A stretch of DNA of 64,000 nt. Origin: Adineta vaga (lineage: Eukaryota; Animalia; Rotifera). How positions within the stretch are numbered: position 1 is the first letter of the stretch; every line of letters starts with the position of its first letter. Shown here in pieces: positions 1 to 13,259 of this stretch. The DNA is taken from NCBI GenBank assembly GCA_021613535.1, contig CP075496.1:8060001-8124000 (forward strand), given 5' to 3'. Below the pieces are notes generated by a model. It did not search any database and had not been told where the DNA came from. It was given only the letters and a program-made list of their open reading frames with translations. The position numbers were made by a program, and so were the translations under genes.

Positions 1-2
1 CA

Positions 3-170
3 CATGGTGAAGATAGAATTGTAACCATCACATCCTTTAATGAATGGCATGAAGGTACACAAATTGAACCAGCTATTGAAAAAACTGATACAAAAACTAT
101 CACCTATGAGAAATATCATCAAGGTCCTTTCACATATATTCATTTGACACGTGAACTTATTTTCGCTTAG
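3..170 (+). CDS. MANEA: 3' end of glycoprotein endo-alpha-1,2-mannosidase (GH99), truncated by the window start
   Basis: Frame from nt 3 reads HGEDRIVTITSFNEWHEGTQIEPAIEKTD...YIHLTRELIFA*. ITSFNEWHEGTQIEPA is the GH99 catalytic motif. Not in the ORF track. Confidence 0.9.
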   Translation, partial: HGEDRIVTITSFNEWHEGTQIEPAIEKTDTKTITYEKYHQGPFTYIHLTRELIFA

Positions 171-1619
171 ATTGTGATAAATTTTGTTTGTCTTTCAAAT
201 AAAAATGACGTAATTTGTATTTTCATGTATCTTTTCTAAACATGGGAGAAAATAAGACATCTTCTACTTCTTAAAAAAAAGAAACATTCGTCTCGACCGT
301 TACAGAAAGAGAGAGAGGGAGGGAGGGAGGGAGGGAGAGAAGGTGAAACAACAAAAATAAAGAATTGCTTCGGGTTGTTTGATACATTTATAGGAATAAA
401 TTGTGGATCAATACGAAGATATTATTTGATATTTCACTAAGTATTTTTCTTCTCGTTAAAGTATATGTTGACATAAATAACAGTGACTTGTATTTCATAT
501 GTATATATCTACTTATACGAAAGCATCTTATGTAAAGAATAATAAATCTTTTTGTCCTTAGTTCTCAATCTGCATCAATTCATTTTTACTTTATTATCAT
601 TGATTGAAAAGTTTTCAATTCATAAGGAGTATGAGTAGTCGAAACGTACGACAGAACACTTCATTTCTAGTTGTGATGTTTTTCTTCTAAACGTTTCTTT
701 TTCAATGATTAGAATAGAAAACTGCGATCTTTTCTGTCTGTGTTTTTTTTGAAAATTATAAAATCAATCATCCTCCAGGGTAAATAATAGAAGAAAAGAA
801 CATCAAAATAACACTTCGTCTTTTTTTCTCTTTTCAATGACATCCTCCTTATTCATTTTAGCATTTGTGTAGGTGATAAAAACGACGAAGTTAGGTAAGG
901 TAGAATAACGATTCATTAGTAGTATAGAGATTTATTCAAAAAGTAAAAGAGACCTTGTTAAGAACGTGTGAAATCTGTTTAGACGTAGGATGTACAATCT
1001 TTATCTTAATCCAAAATTTAAATGTCTGTTCAGAGAAATAGTGTACATTTTATCTTTTTACTTGAAGAATAACGATTTTTTCTTCTTTGAGTATAAGTCG
1101 AATTAAATCATCAAGAAAATAGATATTGAGAATAAGGAAACATCAATTAAAACAGATATTTATGTCTGTTCAATACTTATCACCATGAAAATTGATTACA
1201 TATATATATATATATATATATAGAACGAAGATTTAACTGCGTAGAGAAGTACAAAAGTATGAGTGAGAATAGTGTTAATTAATTTGAGAATAAGAACGAT
1301 CTGGTATGAGTATCAAGATACCTTTATCTTTGTTATCGCCATCTATAGATTTCGCTAGTTGTCAGTAGTCTTATCACTCATGGTTGGTTTATATAATGAG
1401 ACAATAGACATCATGAAGACTGCGTCATGATTCGTTTCCTTTCTATCTAATTAGTTTAGCTCGTACTTGTACATGCATGTCTGTCTTTTTTCTTAGTCTA
1501 AACAAACAAGAGAATAAAAATGTTCTTATTTATAGATATCAAAGTAAAAGAAATATTTTCTCTATTTAGATGTTTTTGTCTTCCATTCGTGTCGTAATTA
1601 AATATTCTTTGTTTTACTA

Positions 1620-4600
1620 ATGAATGATCAAATAGAAGATTCAACACCTCAGGATGATCGATTTAAAAAACAAACACGAGGTTCTCAATCTTCACGAAAA
1701 TCTCGTTCGATAAGTCGATATTTTCTTGGCACAAAACGTTCTAGTGTTGATATAACAACACAAGATAGTGATATAACACGTTGTTTAACATCCATTGGAA
1801 TCTTTGATAGTTATGAACTTTGGACAAATGTAACATTATTTCGTGATTATCGAACATGTCGACGTTTATTGATTCTTACTGAGAAAAATCAATTAATTAT
1901 CGGTAAATCCAATCCTAAACAATCATTATTTAAAATCAAACATCGAATCGATCTTCATCGAATTTGGTTACATACAAATTTTCTGGATTCGATTGCTTCT
2001 GAAATAACATCATTGACTTATTATGATCATTCACGTTCATTAATTCTTGGTTGGCCATTAGCTGAAAATTTTCTTGTTGAATTTGATACAAAAGACATTC
2101 GAAATACTTGGCATGGACGAATTCAATCGTAAGTAATTCTAATCGACGAAATCTTTCATCTTATATTCAGTCATAAAAATTCATTAGTTTATCTTTTAAC
2201 AACTTCATACTGAGTCTTATATATTCCTTTAAGGTGGAATAATCTTATCTAAATATATATATATATATATTACTTCGAGCGAATATGTAAAAGATTTCTT
2301 TCTCCTATCAAATGTCAATAAAGATGATTAACAAATCTCATGAGAAACACATTATACTGAACAAATATTTCGTTGAAACAAAACTTCAAAATATACATTT
2401 GAATTCTATCTATCGATAAATCACGTAATGAATATTCTTTTAGAATTTTAAATAGTTGGTGGGAATTAAATTGTTCGAATACTGAACATGTTCGCATAGT
2501 AATCGATCAAAATCAAGAATCTGATCAAAATAATAATACTAATACAACATCATTTGTAATTGTAAGTTGAAGAGTATCAATTGAATGAAAAGATAAACAT
2601 ATATTCTCTTTTAGCGTAAAGTAATCGGTATTCGACCACAAGAAACCGTTCGAGATTTGATTAAAAAATGTATTGATACATCACATCTTCAAGTATGTTG
2701 AAGATATTCTTTTTTTGTTTCTTTTTGAATATTCATTGATTTTAATAAAGGATTCATCAGTGGATAATTATGTTCTATATGCACTCAACGATGTAAATCT
2801 CACTTCAACAACAAATCCGAATCTCAGTCAAGCAATAAATTCATCTTTACAATCAAATCAAACACAATTAATACCGTTGATTGGTACGTTTAGTTTTTAA
2901 ATCACGTGTTTTTCGAGAATATGTTTTTTTTTCTTCGTTTTATTTCATATATTACGTATTTTGATAACGAATACTACGAAAAGAAATGAAGACAGAATAT
3001 AAATATATGTAACTTCATTCTACAGGTGTATATATATATGTACATGCAAATTCTCATCTGTCCTCCTCCAGTTTTTTCTTCTCTCCTCTTTATTTTTTTA
3101 CCCTTTCTAGAATTATAAGAGTATACTTAAGATATATACGTAACTAGTAGTTTGTGATTCGTTTGAGTATTCAACATCGTACAAATCAATAGTGATTGGA
3201 AGAATTATTTTATCGAACTAAGTGTCTTTTTTTTTATAAAAGAAGAAAAAAAATGATCAACGAACGATCACAAAAGTTCGATCGATATCAATCGACTCTT
3301 TTTTCATTCTTTCGTCCAACAAATATCCGTTCGAAAAGTCTTGAAAATGTTTCTGATCGCAATCAGCAGAAGAAAGGTAAACGAAATCTTTGATATTATC
3401 AATTGTAATAGTATTATTGACCTTGTTTGTATATATCAGACAAGAAGAAAAATGCAGAGGAAGAGGAGGAGAAGTAGTTAGACGCCTACATTGAAAATGT
3501 ATTCTTGACATTTTTTTAAGAATTAGTCAAAACAAGAGAAAACGAAAAGATGAATATATGTATAAACGCGTGTGTGTGTATGTACATCGATGATGGCGAC
3601 ATAAATATGTTAAGCACATACGGGAAATCAATGTCACTATGAGTTTGATCTTTCTCATTAGACAATCAAAAGAATAGTGACATGCATATATACATTCATT
3701 CGTGTATCCTGTCTTTTCTTGATAAGAAAAGTGGTTTGAATTGATTGGTTCAGATGAAAGAAAAAAGAAGTCGATCATATATCTTAGTTTGAGTAGAATG
3801 TAAAAAAAAAGGGAGACAGAACGAAAAGAAGTCGTTCAACGAAAAGAAAAAAGAATGGGGGGAAAATGTTGTTCATGTACATAGTTAAGACAAACATTGA
3901 CGATGGGTATATACCATGTATGAACTCCCAACTATTTTAAACATTCGAGGTAAACGAGAAAAAGAGAAAAAAAAATCTTCGACAGAACAGAACAAACGAA
4001 GATGAATTCAAACCAAATAGATAGTAGATAATGTTTCGAATGAGCAATAGTACATCACGATACAATTTGAATCGTTATTCATATAGTATGCATAAAAAAC
4101 AAAAAGTTTTTCTTGTTTTTTTTTCTGCTTCTTCTATTAATGAAAATCTTCTCTCTATTTAGGTCATGAATATCCCTATGCAATTAAAATGAAACATTTA
4201 AAAACATCCAATAATATCTCATTCGATGGTGATGATCATTCATCTTTACAAAGTCATCATAATAGTTCAACGACAAGTTTAAATAATATTTCGATTAATT
4301 CTCATGATTTTGAATTACGGAAACGTGATACAGATCATCAAAGTAAAAAACATCGCTTTTTTCATAAAAGAAAAATCAAAGAAAACTATTCCAAACCACC
4401 CATTCATCAAATAAATGATGATAATCATTCATCAACACCAGTTCGAAGAAAATCGACCTATCAATTTTTTGGACATGTACTTGATGATTTAGTCAAAAAA
4501 TCAAATAATCAATTACCAGCTGTGATTCAAGTAAAGAAATCAAATTTTAGACAAAAGAAAACCACGAAACTATTTCTATTGATTTTGTTTTGTTTTGTTT

Positions 4601-7468
4601 TAGCAACTACTTGAAGTTCTCTATTTCAAAGGACCAGAAACCACTGGAATCTTTCGGAAAGTTGCGAATACACGATCAGTTAAAGAATCAATTGAAAAAA
4701 TTGAACGACATATTCTATTACAAAATGATGATTTACATCCCATATTAGCAGCTGGAATCTTTAAGGTATGTATTTTCTATTTAAATATAAAAGAAGATTT
4801 GACTGAATAAATGGCCATAAACATATTTTCTTTTTCTGCTAGGAGTATAAAAGGTAAGAAGAGAGTGAGAAAGCCAAACCCCTCCATGATTTTTTTTATT
4901 CCCGCATGATATTTTGTGTGTAAATTTGTCTGATAATCATTATTTTAGCATTTTTTACGAAATTTACCTGATCCCGTGTTCAATACAATTCAATATGATC
5001 ATTGGAAGAAATGTCTTCGTCTGCCAACCTTACAAGAAAAAGTTACATTTGCAAGAAGAAGGTAAATAAATCAATGAAATTAAATAAAATGCCATGTCTT
5101 TCTTCTTTCAGTATCATTGGTACACTTTTGGAATCAAATCATTTATTATTAAAAGGTTTTATCTGTGTTCTTTATCGTATCTCTCAAAATGCTGATACAA
5201 ATGGAATGAATCCATTCAATTTGGGTTTATGTGTATCAAATAGTTTATTTAAAACTGAATCAACAACTATTACATCAGGCAAACAAGAAGCTGATGTGAT
5301 GTCATCAATTGTTGAATTTTTAATTCTTAATTGTTCATCATTATTTGGTTCAGATATTCTAACATGCATTCCAGACAAACATATTATGGTTCATCAAATA
5401 CCGAGTTTAAGTATGATTTGAAAATATTTTAATCAATATATATTATTTGAATGTAATGATGATTTTTAGCACGACCAGCTGCTTCTTCGATTGAGAGTCT
5501 CGATGAAGTTGAATCTTCACCGCATTTACCTGTTGTCAATCGTTCACGTGATTCAGGTTTAGCGACATCAGATCAACCATTCAATGATGATAGTTCAGAA
5601 ATAAGTGAATATTTTCGACGTCTTACGCCTGTTTCTCCACCTGATTGGACATCATCGGTTGCATGTGGTAGTGGGACTGTTTTAACAAGTATTATTCTTC
5701 CAACAACAACAGCATTATCAATAACACGATGTCGAAATCTAAAGAATACTTATAAACCATCGAAACGTTTTATGGAAAGAGAAAAATTAAAAAATGATAC
5801 AACAGATGATTCGGATCATGATGGATTAAATGGCGATTCTAGTATCCGTTCATCGACAACTACAGTTCATAATATGGCAATCGGAAAAATTAAACGAACA
5901 AAACCGATCTCACGACATTCCTCTTTGGGTAGTAATGAACATCATAATCAACAACAACAGCAACAGCAGCAGCAACAACAAGAAGCATTTATCAAAGAAT
6001 CAAAACGTTTAACAACAACAAATGATGTGAAACGTGCTTCATCATTGAAACAATTTCATCATCTATCTGACGAAGGTGATGATGATGATGAACAAAATAA
6101 ATCTTTACATATAAATAATCATATGAAAAAGAAAGTATCAACATTAGTAAAAAAACATGAACAAATTTTACCTTCGACATCAGCAGTAAATAGTAAAAGT
6201 TTAATTAATGAGCGACGATCAAGATTAGTTAAATCAAAAGCGAAAACGAGTGATGATGAATCGATGACGACAAGGTAAATGATCATATATTTTCTATTCA
6301 TTGTAAATTTATCTTTTCTGGAAAGAATGTAGAAAACTATTCAACTATATCCTATTTGCATATTTTCTTTTTCGATGCTGATCATTAACTTTTAGAAAAG
6401 ATAACTTCATCATTGTTCAAGGAATACAGATCAAACTTTTTGTAGTACGAGACTTTTGGATAGTTTGCAAGAATGAAAAAGATATTTTCCAGTGCTTATT
6501 CTGTGATTAACATTTCAACATTTTTATTTTACAGATTGTAAATAGTTTAAGTACTAAAAGAAAATACGGTATGTAAGGGATGGTTGCTCAGACAAACAAT
6601 CTCTAACGATCGCTATATTAAGACAAAAACTATTGATATTGAATCGAATTATTATTAAAATCGATTAATTTTATATATTTTGTAGAACAACACCTCTCGA
6701 GCAACAAGATTTGGATTTAACAAGTGAACCATTAAGTACAATAAATCAACGTTTGATAAATTCTTCAACAACACGATCAGCCTCATTCTCATTAAATCCA
6801 GCAAATAAAAATTTCGATTCATCTTCAGCTACTCAATCATTACAAGCACCTGTTTTTATAAATTATCCATCTCGAAAAAGACACCCACCACCACACCACC
6901 AACTATCGTTGATGATCGTTCACGACCAAACGGTCCATTGATTGCTACAACAAATCAATTTTATATAACTACTCGAGATGAACATCCCAGTCAAACAAAT
7001 TCCAATACGCAAATAAAAACTGAACGTGATCGAACATTTATTCATCATTCTGATTCTCGTCCATTTAAACTTGGTACAGCCGTACAAATGAAACCAATTG
7101 ATGATTTCATCTTATCATCAGCGAATGGACGTTGTCGTCCATGTCATCGACAAAATGCACTTCGATATAAAACAAATGAACAAGAAACACACACCGATCG
7201 ACCATCACGTTCATCTACACCAGTTATTATCAATCAAAATCGTATATATTCAAGTGAAAATACATCCACAACGATTCCACGTTATCAATCAGTCGAAAGA
7301 CGTATTTCATCAACTCAAAAACATCAACAACCCGTCAAAGCTTTTTCCCTTGATACAAATACTGAACTTCGATCAGCTGATATATCTTGGTCTGTTCGCG
7401 AAAAAGCGAAAATATTTGAACATACTAATCAAACACAATTCTCTACAGGTCGTGAAAATTATGTGTGA
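1620..7468 (+). CDS. ARHGAP20: Multi-exon Rho GTPase-activating protein with PH-like, RA and RhoGAP domains (ARHGAP20-like)
   Basis: PH-like exon (RRLLILTEKNQLIIGK...NFLVEFDTKDIRNTW), RA region ending LIG|HEYPYAIKM, and RhoGAP motifs FFGHVL, KGPETTGIFRK, FLRNLPDP, NGMNPFNLGLC. Poly-Q at 5948-5980 and C-terminal ENYV. Frame break near 6890 (see findings). Confidence 0.85.
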
Positions 7469-8194
7469 TTTATTTCTCCCTCTCTCTCTCTTTATTTGTG
7501 AATTTGTTTTGACAACCGGTGATGTGTGATATATTCGAGTTTTCTCTCATTAATATGTCAAATTTTCTTTGGTTCGCTTCTTCCTAATCTCACGCTCAGG
7601 TGTTCGAGTTCAGCAGCAATAATCTATGTTGTACATATCCTACTTGTCTGTTGTGAGCTTTTATAATTTTCTTTCACGCTTCTTGCGATTTCTTTTCTTA
7701 AATAATAGCGCAAAACTTTCTCGTTTTTTCCTTCTTTCTTTTTCGTTAAAACAACATGGAATTCGTGCATACTTATCATTTCTTATTTTCGTTTCCTTTC
7801 TTTTTCTTTTTTGTTCGACTTAATTGCAACCAAAAAAAAATCATAGAACGGAGAAGTATCTAATGTTGCTTTTTCTTTATGGAGAAACAAAAAATAAGTA
7901 AAAGATCTTTTTTTTATTGTTTATGTGCATATCTATATATAATAGCAGAGAAATTGAACATTGTTGTTTGTAGATATGATCAAAAATGAATGTATGATAC
8001 CGTTATTGATATGTTATGCTGCATCGTTGATGAGTTTTCAGTTTGAATGTATTGAAGTGATTCACTAGTTTGCACGAGTAAGCTAGATTAATGGATCGTT
8101 TCGCTAAACATTTCATGGCTTCAATAGAGAAAATTCAAATGGATTTGCTAATGAAAAGAATAATTGCGCTAATTTTTTCTCTTTTCTTCGAATT

Positions 8195-8749
8195 ATGCAT
8201 TATTATCGTGCACAACCATTATCTACCTTAGATCAAGCATTTCATGAAGCTCGATTACAAATTCATCGAATGCCTATTGAAATTCTTCAAAGATTAAACA
8301 CGGATTCAACTGAATTATCTCACTTCATTCAAACATTACCAACGATTCGAACTTTCGAAAACCAATGTCAACAATTGATCGAACATACTCAGCAGTTAGC
8401 AAAGAATAATCTGAAAAGAGAACCTGAATTGTTATTTAAACGTCAGAAATTATCTAATACGTTTGCTGAATTAGAAGTATTACGTGACCAATATCTGAAA
8501 TATCAATCAACAGTACAGGATGAGAGTTCTTCGCCAACGTTGATTTTAGCTCAACTTCAATCGACCGTTCATTTCTATGAACGATCAAATGATGAAATGA
8601 TCGATACATTTCTACATACTTCTCATAAAGATCATGATATAGATCTGTTTGTGAAGAAATTTCTTCAAGATCGACAAAAAACTATCGAACTTCGTTGTAA
8701 AACAGACAAATTTTTTGATTTATATGAACGTGAAAAACAAAAGAAATGA
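8195..8749 (+). CDS. VPS37: ESCRT-I subunit VPS37-like (Mod(r) domain), intronless
   Basis: 184-aa helical ORF with LAKNNLKREPEL, LAQLQSTVH...EMIDTFL and DIDLFVKKFLQDRQK, matching the Mod_r/VPS37 C-terminal pattern. Confidence 0.75.
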   Translation: MHYYRAQPLSTLDQAFHEARLQIHRMPIEILQRLNTDSTELSHFIQTLPTIRTFENQCQQLIEHTQQLAKNNLKREPELLFKRQKLSNTFAELEVLRDQYLKYQSTVQDESSSPTLILAQLQSTVHFYERSNDEMIDTFLHTSHKDHDIDLFVKKFLQDRQKTIELRCKTDKFFDLYEREKQKK

Positions 8750-8784
8750 ACGCTTTTTTTCTGGTTTCAGATAAATTCTTTTCG

Positions 8785-11700
8785 ATGGCTTCAGGTATTC
8801 AACAGGTACGATAAAAGAGGAAAAACTAGAAACGAAATTATTTCTTTTTCCGATTATCTAGTGGCGACGATTTACTTTTTTTGATAAGGAAATTGTCAAA
8901 CGAAAAGATGGCAAAGCTTTAGAAGATTTTAAAGTAAATAAATCGAAGAAAACAGACTTTAAAGAAGGAATTCTATCAATTTTATTTAGAAAATTAAAGT
9001 TATCGCATCGACTAGTACTAATGGTGCTGGCGATGGTCAATTGATATTTGGTTGTGATGATGGATCGTTATGTGTTTTAAATCGTGATTATGAAGCGAAT
9101 CATATTCATTCATTTGATACGTCACTAGATTTATTAGCACATTCAGTTGGTGATACATTGATTGCCATTGGAGTAAGAAGAAAGATTTTGAATGAAAGAG
9201 ATAGAACAACAAATGAACGATGTCCTGTAATTCTTTTCAGATGGATGTCAATGAAACAAAACAAACGATCAAAATTTGGAAAACAGATAAAGTTAGTTGG
9301 ATTTTATTGAAAGAAGAAATCTTTCATCAATTTCGAAATTTCTAGCCACTTGTGGAAAAAGAAAATACTGAACCAGCTAAAATTATTTCAGTTTTGCCAA
9401 ATGAACATCCAAATTCAAAAGTATATCTTGTGTTTCGTTTTAATAAGAAAAAAATTATTTATTATTTTCATTAGATATGTGCAGTAGCTATTACCGATCG
9501 TCATATAGCACTTGGTTGTCTAAATGGAGCTATCTATTTTTTTGGATCGAACGATTTAATTAAAGAAAAGTATGTCTTGATTCAGATAGGTTCATTCGTT
9601 GTTGTCATAACTTTTAAATTTCATCTCTTCTCATAGTTTTTCAACTTCAATTGAAGATATTCTTCTTAATCTAAAGAAATCTATACATTTATTTTGTTTT
9701 GCTTTCGTAGACGTTACAAATTTTCACCACCATTCTATCAAGCTGAAAGTCCTATAACTAGTCTAGCTTTTGCTGAAGAAAACAAACAATTTTCTGATTT
9801 AATTCTCTATGCGACAACTGAATCAACTGTAGTTTCTTTTCGTTTGGTGCAAACAACACCCCCAGTTGGTATATCAGCGGCTGTTGCTGTTGCTAATTCT
9901 GTATCATCGACTTTAACATCGACATTACGCGATCGTCGACCATTTCACATAACTGCTCATCAACAACCAGTAGCACAATTTAAGACAACAAATCTTGAAA
10001 CCTCGATTGGTTGTGCTCCAGGTTGTGCTGTTTTAGCACAATCAGAATTAGATGATGAACAACAATTTGTAATCGCCAATTCTTTAGGCGTCTTTTCATA
10101 TGTGAGAGATGATAAGCGTCTTGGTTTAGCAATTGAAGGTGAAAAATCAGCTGTACATTGGTGGTTCAATTATTTAATAACAGTAACAAAAGGAAATTCC
10201 AAATCAGTCTCTATGAATAAAACAAAACTACAATCGAATATTCTTTCACAATTAACAGCAAAGTAAATTTCTATATCCAAATTTTTCTTTCGATGTTCTG
10301 TTCTGTTCTTCTCATTTAATTTAGTCAGACAACAACAGAATTACAAACATTAGCTGTTTATGATACAAATCCACAATTAACAGCCTATTCAATTGGAATG
10401 GCAAGTATACAATGTGTATTAAATGAATGGGGTTACATACATATATTAACCGGTGATGGAGATTTGCATCGTTTGATTGAAAGAGATTTACATTCAAGAT
10501 TACGGTTACTATTCAGAACAAATTGTTATCAATTAGCACTTCAGTCAGTTATTTAAATTCAAAATACGATCATGTTCATCAATATTTGCTTTAATACGAT
10601 TTAGATTAGCGAAAAAGAATCGAACCAGTAAAGAAGGTATGGCAGAAATTTTCAAACAATTTGGTGATTATCTATATGGGTAAATAATGTTAATCTTTTA
10701 TCTTTTGAATGAGTTCATTTCAATGTGTATTTTCTGCATTGTCTTCTTTTTATCGAATAGAAAAAATGAATATGAAACTGCAACTGATCAATATTGTAAA
10801 ACGATTGGCTTTTTAGAACCATCCTATGTTATAAAAAAAGTAAATCCTCCTTTAATTCAATGTTAATATTAAACAAATCAATTTGATTCTTATAGTTTCT
10901 TGATTCTCAACATATCGATCATTTAACTCGATATTTAGAAGAATTACATCGCGAAAAATTAGCTAATGTTGATCATACAACTTTACTCCTCAATTGTTAT
11001 ACAAAACATCCTGATCGAATCAATCGTTTAGCTCAATTCATTGGTTTAAATGAAATTTCGTCATCAACAGCTGATGTCGATTTAACTTTCGATGTTGATA
11101 TAGCTATTGATGTTTGCCGTCAAGCTAGTTTGTATTCTCAATCATCATTCATTTCGAATAATTCGTTTTTGCTTCATATCTATTTCAGATTATTTGGATG
11201 AAGCATTAGCTCTTTCAGCTAAATATCGTCGTCATGATAAATATATTAAAATACAATGTGAAAATAAGAAAGATTATGATAAAGCATTAACATATATTCA
11301 AACATTAAAATTTGATGATGCTCTACAAGCATTTCGAAATTATGGAAAGACTTTAATTCGAGAACAACCAAAATTAACAACAAAATTATTAAAACAATTA
11401 AATCCAACACCACAACAAATTGAACAAGAACAATTACCTGAATCATTGATTAATCTATTTATGAATAATCCAGATGAATTACTTGATTATTTAGAATATG
11501 CTGTTAAGGTAGAATTATTTATATTTTGTAGATATCGAAGATTTTTATTTTTATTTTTAGCAATATCCAAGTGAACATCTGGGATCCAGTGTTTATGATA
11601 CAATTTTAGAATTACTTTTACAAAAATATAGTAAAATACAAGATATAAAAGAACGTGATCGATTAAGTCAACAAATTTTAAGTTTATTACAAAATCCCAA

Positions 11701-13140
11701 GGTAAATTTTTATCAAATATGATCGAATGAACAAACTGTAGAAACAGATTTGCATTAGAATGGAATTGTGATATGATTCTATTCAATAGAAATAGACAAC
11801 GTTTTTGAGGGTGTATTTCTATTGAAACACAACACTGATAATAAAGACATTATAACCCCATTCGATAGATCTTCTTTGAATTGATTAGGAGATGAACGCT
11901 ATATTCCACATTTAATCTCAAAATTTGTAAGCAATTATTTGAAATTTAGATTGGTATTGATGTGACACGTGCCATGGTTGTATGTCAAAAATATAATTTC
12001 AAACCAGGTGTGATTTGTTTATATGATAAAGCTAGATTGTAAGAGAATTCTTCAATGATGAAAAAAGCAAATTTAATATTGAGATATTGTTTAATTTCGA
12101 TTAGATATCAACAAATTTTACAATATCAAATGGAAAATAAAGATGATGATGAAATTGTTGCTACTTGTCGTAAATATGGTGATGAAGATCCTCAATTATG
12201 GATTCAAGCTTTAAGTTATTTTTCGAAATTAAAACGTGCCGATGGTTGTCGAAAAGAAATTCAACAAATTTTAAAATGTTCGTTGAATATTTCTATAAAA
12301 ACGACAATTGATTATGTTTTCTTTGTTTTTTTGATTCTCGGTAGATATTGATGAGAAAGATCTTCTATCGCCTTTATTAGTTATTCAAACATTGAGTAAT
12401 AATGAATCAACTAGTCTAGATTTACTTAAAGTAAGTTTAATTTTCGATATAAATTTATATTTGAATTTCATTGTTAAGGATTATTTAATTCGTAAACTTC
12501 GTACTGAACAAGAACAAATTGAAAAAGATCAAACAGAAGTTCGTCGTTTTCGTCAAGAAAGTGAATTTTATGTGCAAAAAATCAAACAATTAGAAACTGA
12601 GTTTGTTGAATTCAATATCTTTTTCTAATCATTGAATTCTTTCTTGTAATTTTAGTCCGATTCTTTGTCAAGATCCAAAATGTAGTGCATGTAAAATGGA
12701 CTTAGATATTCCATGTGTTCATTTCTTTTGTGAACATTCTTTTCATGAACAGTCAGTTGTTTTGCAATGAATTCAATTCTTCTTGGAGATACAAATTTTA
12801 TTCATTTCTTTAGTTGTGCCTATGCTGTTGAGTCACCAAATTCAACCGAGATTACCTATGAATGTCCATTATGTTCCGGTGATAATCGGTAAGTAGATAA
12901 CTAAGAAATACTATTCAATCGAATGATAAATTTTGACGTTTTGTTTAGTAAATGGCTTGGTTTGATAAATAGTCAACGAGCAGATAAAGATATTCATGAA
13001 ACATTTCATCGAGAATTAGATAGTCATCAAGATAAATTTGGTGTTATTGCTGAATTTCTCGGTCATCGACTTTTCGACAAAGTAACGTCGATCTTTTTTT
13101 TCGATAAAAATAAAAATGTATTTTTCTTTCTTAGGAATAA
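8785..13140 (+). CDS. VPS11: Vacuolar protein sorting 11 (CORVET/HOPS core subunit), multi-exon
   Basis: MASGIQQ|WRRFTFFDK start, FKQFGDYLY, KTIGFLEPSYVIKK|FLDSQ, HTTLLLNCYTK, RING CSACKMDLDIPCVHFFCEHSFHE, end KFGVIAEFLGHRLFDK|E*. Confidence 0.95.
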
Positions 13141-13259
13141 AAACAAACAAATGATTATTATTGATGATTCCGTGATTCTTCTTTTTTTATTGTAATTTAT
13201 TTCAAATAAAACAAAATTTCTATTTGTGATATATTGATGAAAATATCATTATCAAATAA

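Noticed and set aside
6534-6568. Possible poison or alternative terminal micro-exon in the RhoGAP intron (TTTTACAG|ATTGTAA)
   Set aside because: Splice-like signals are common in AT-rich introns, and there is no independent support.
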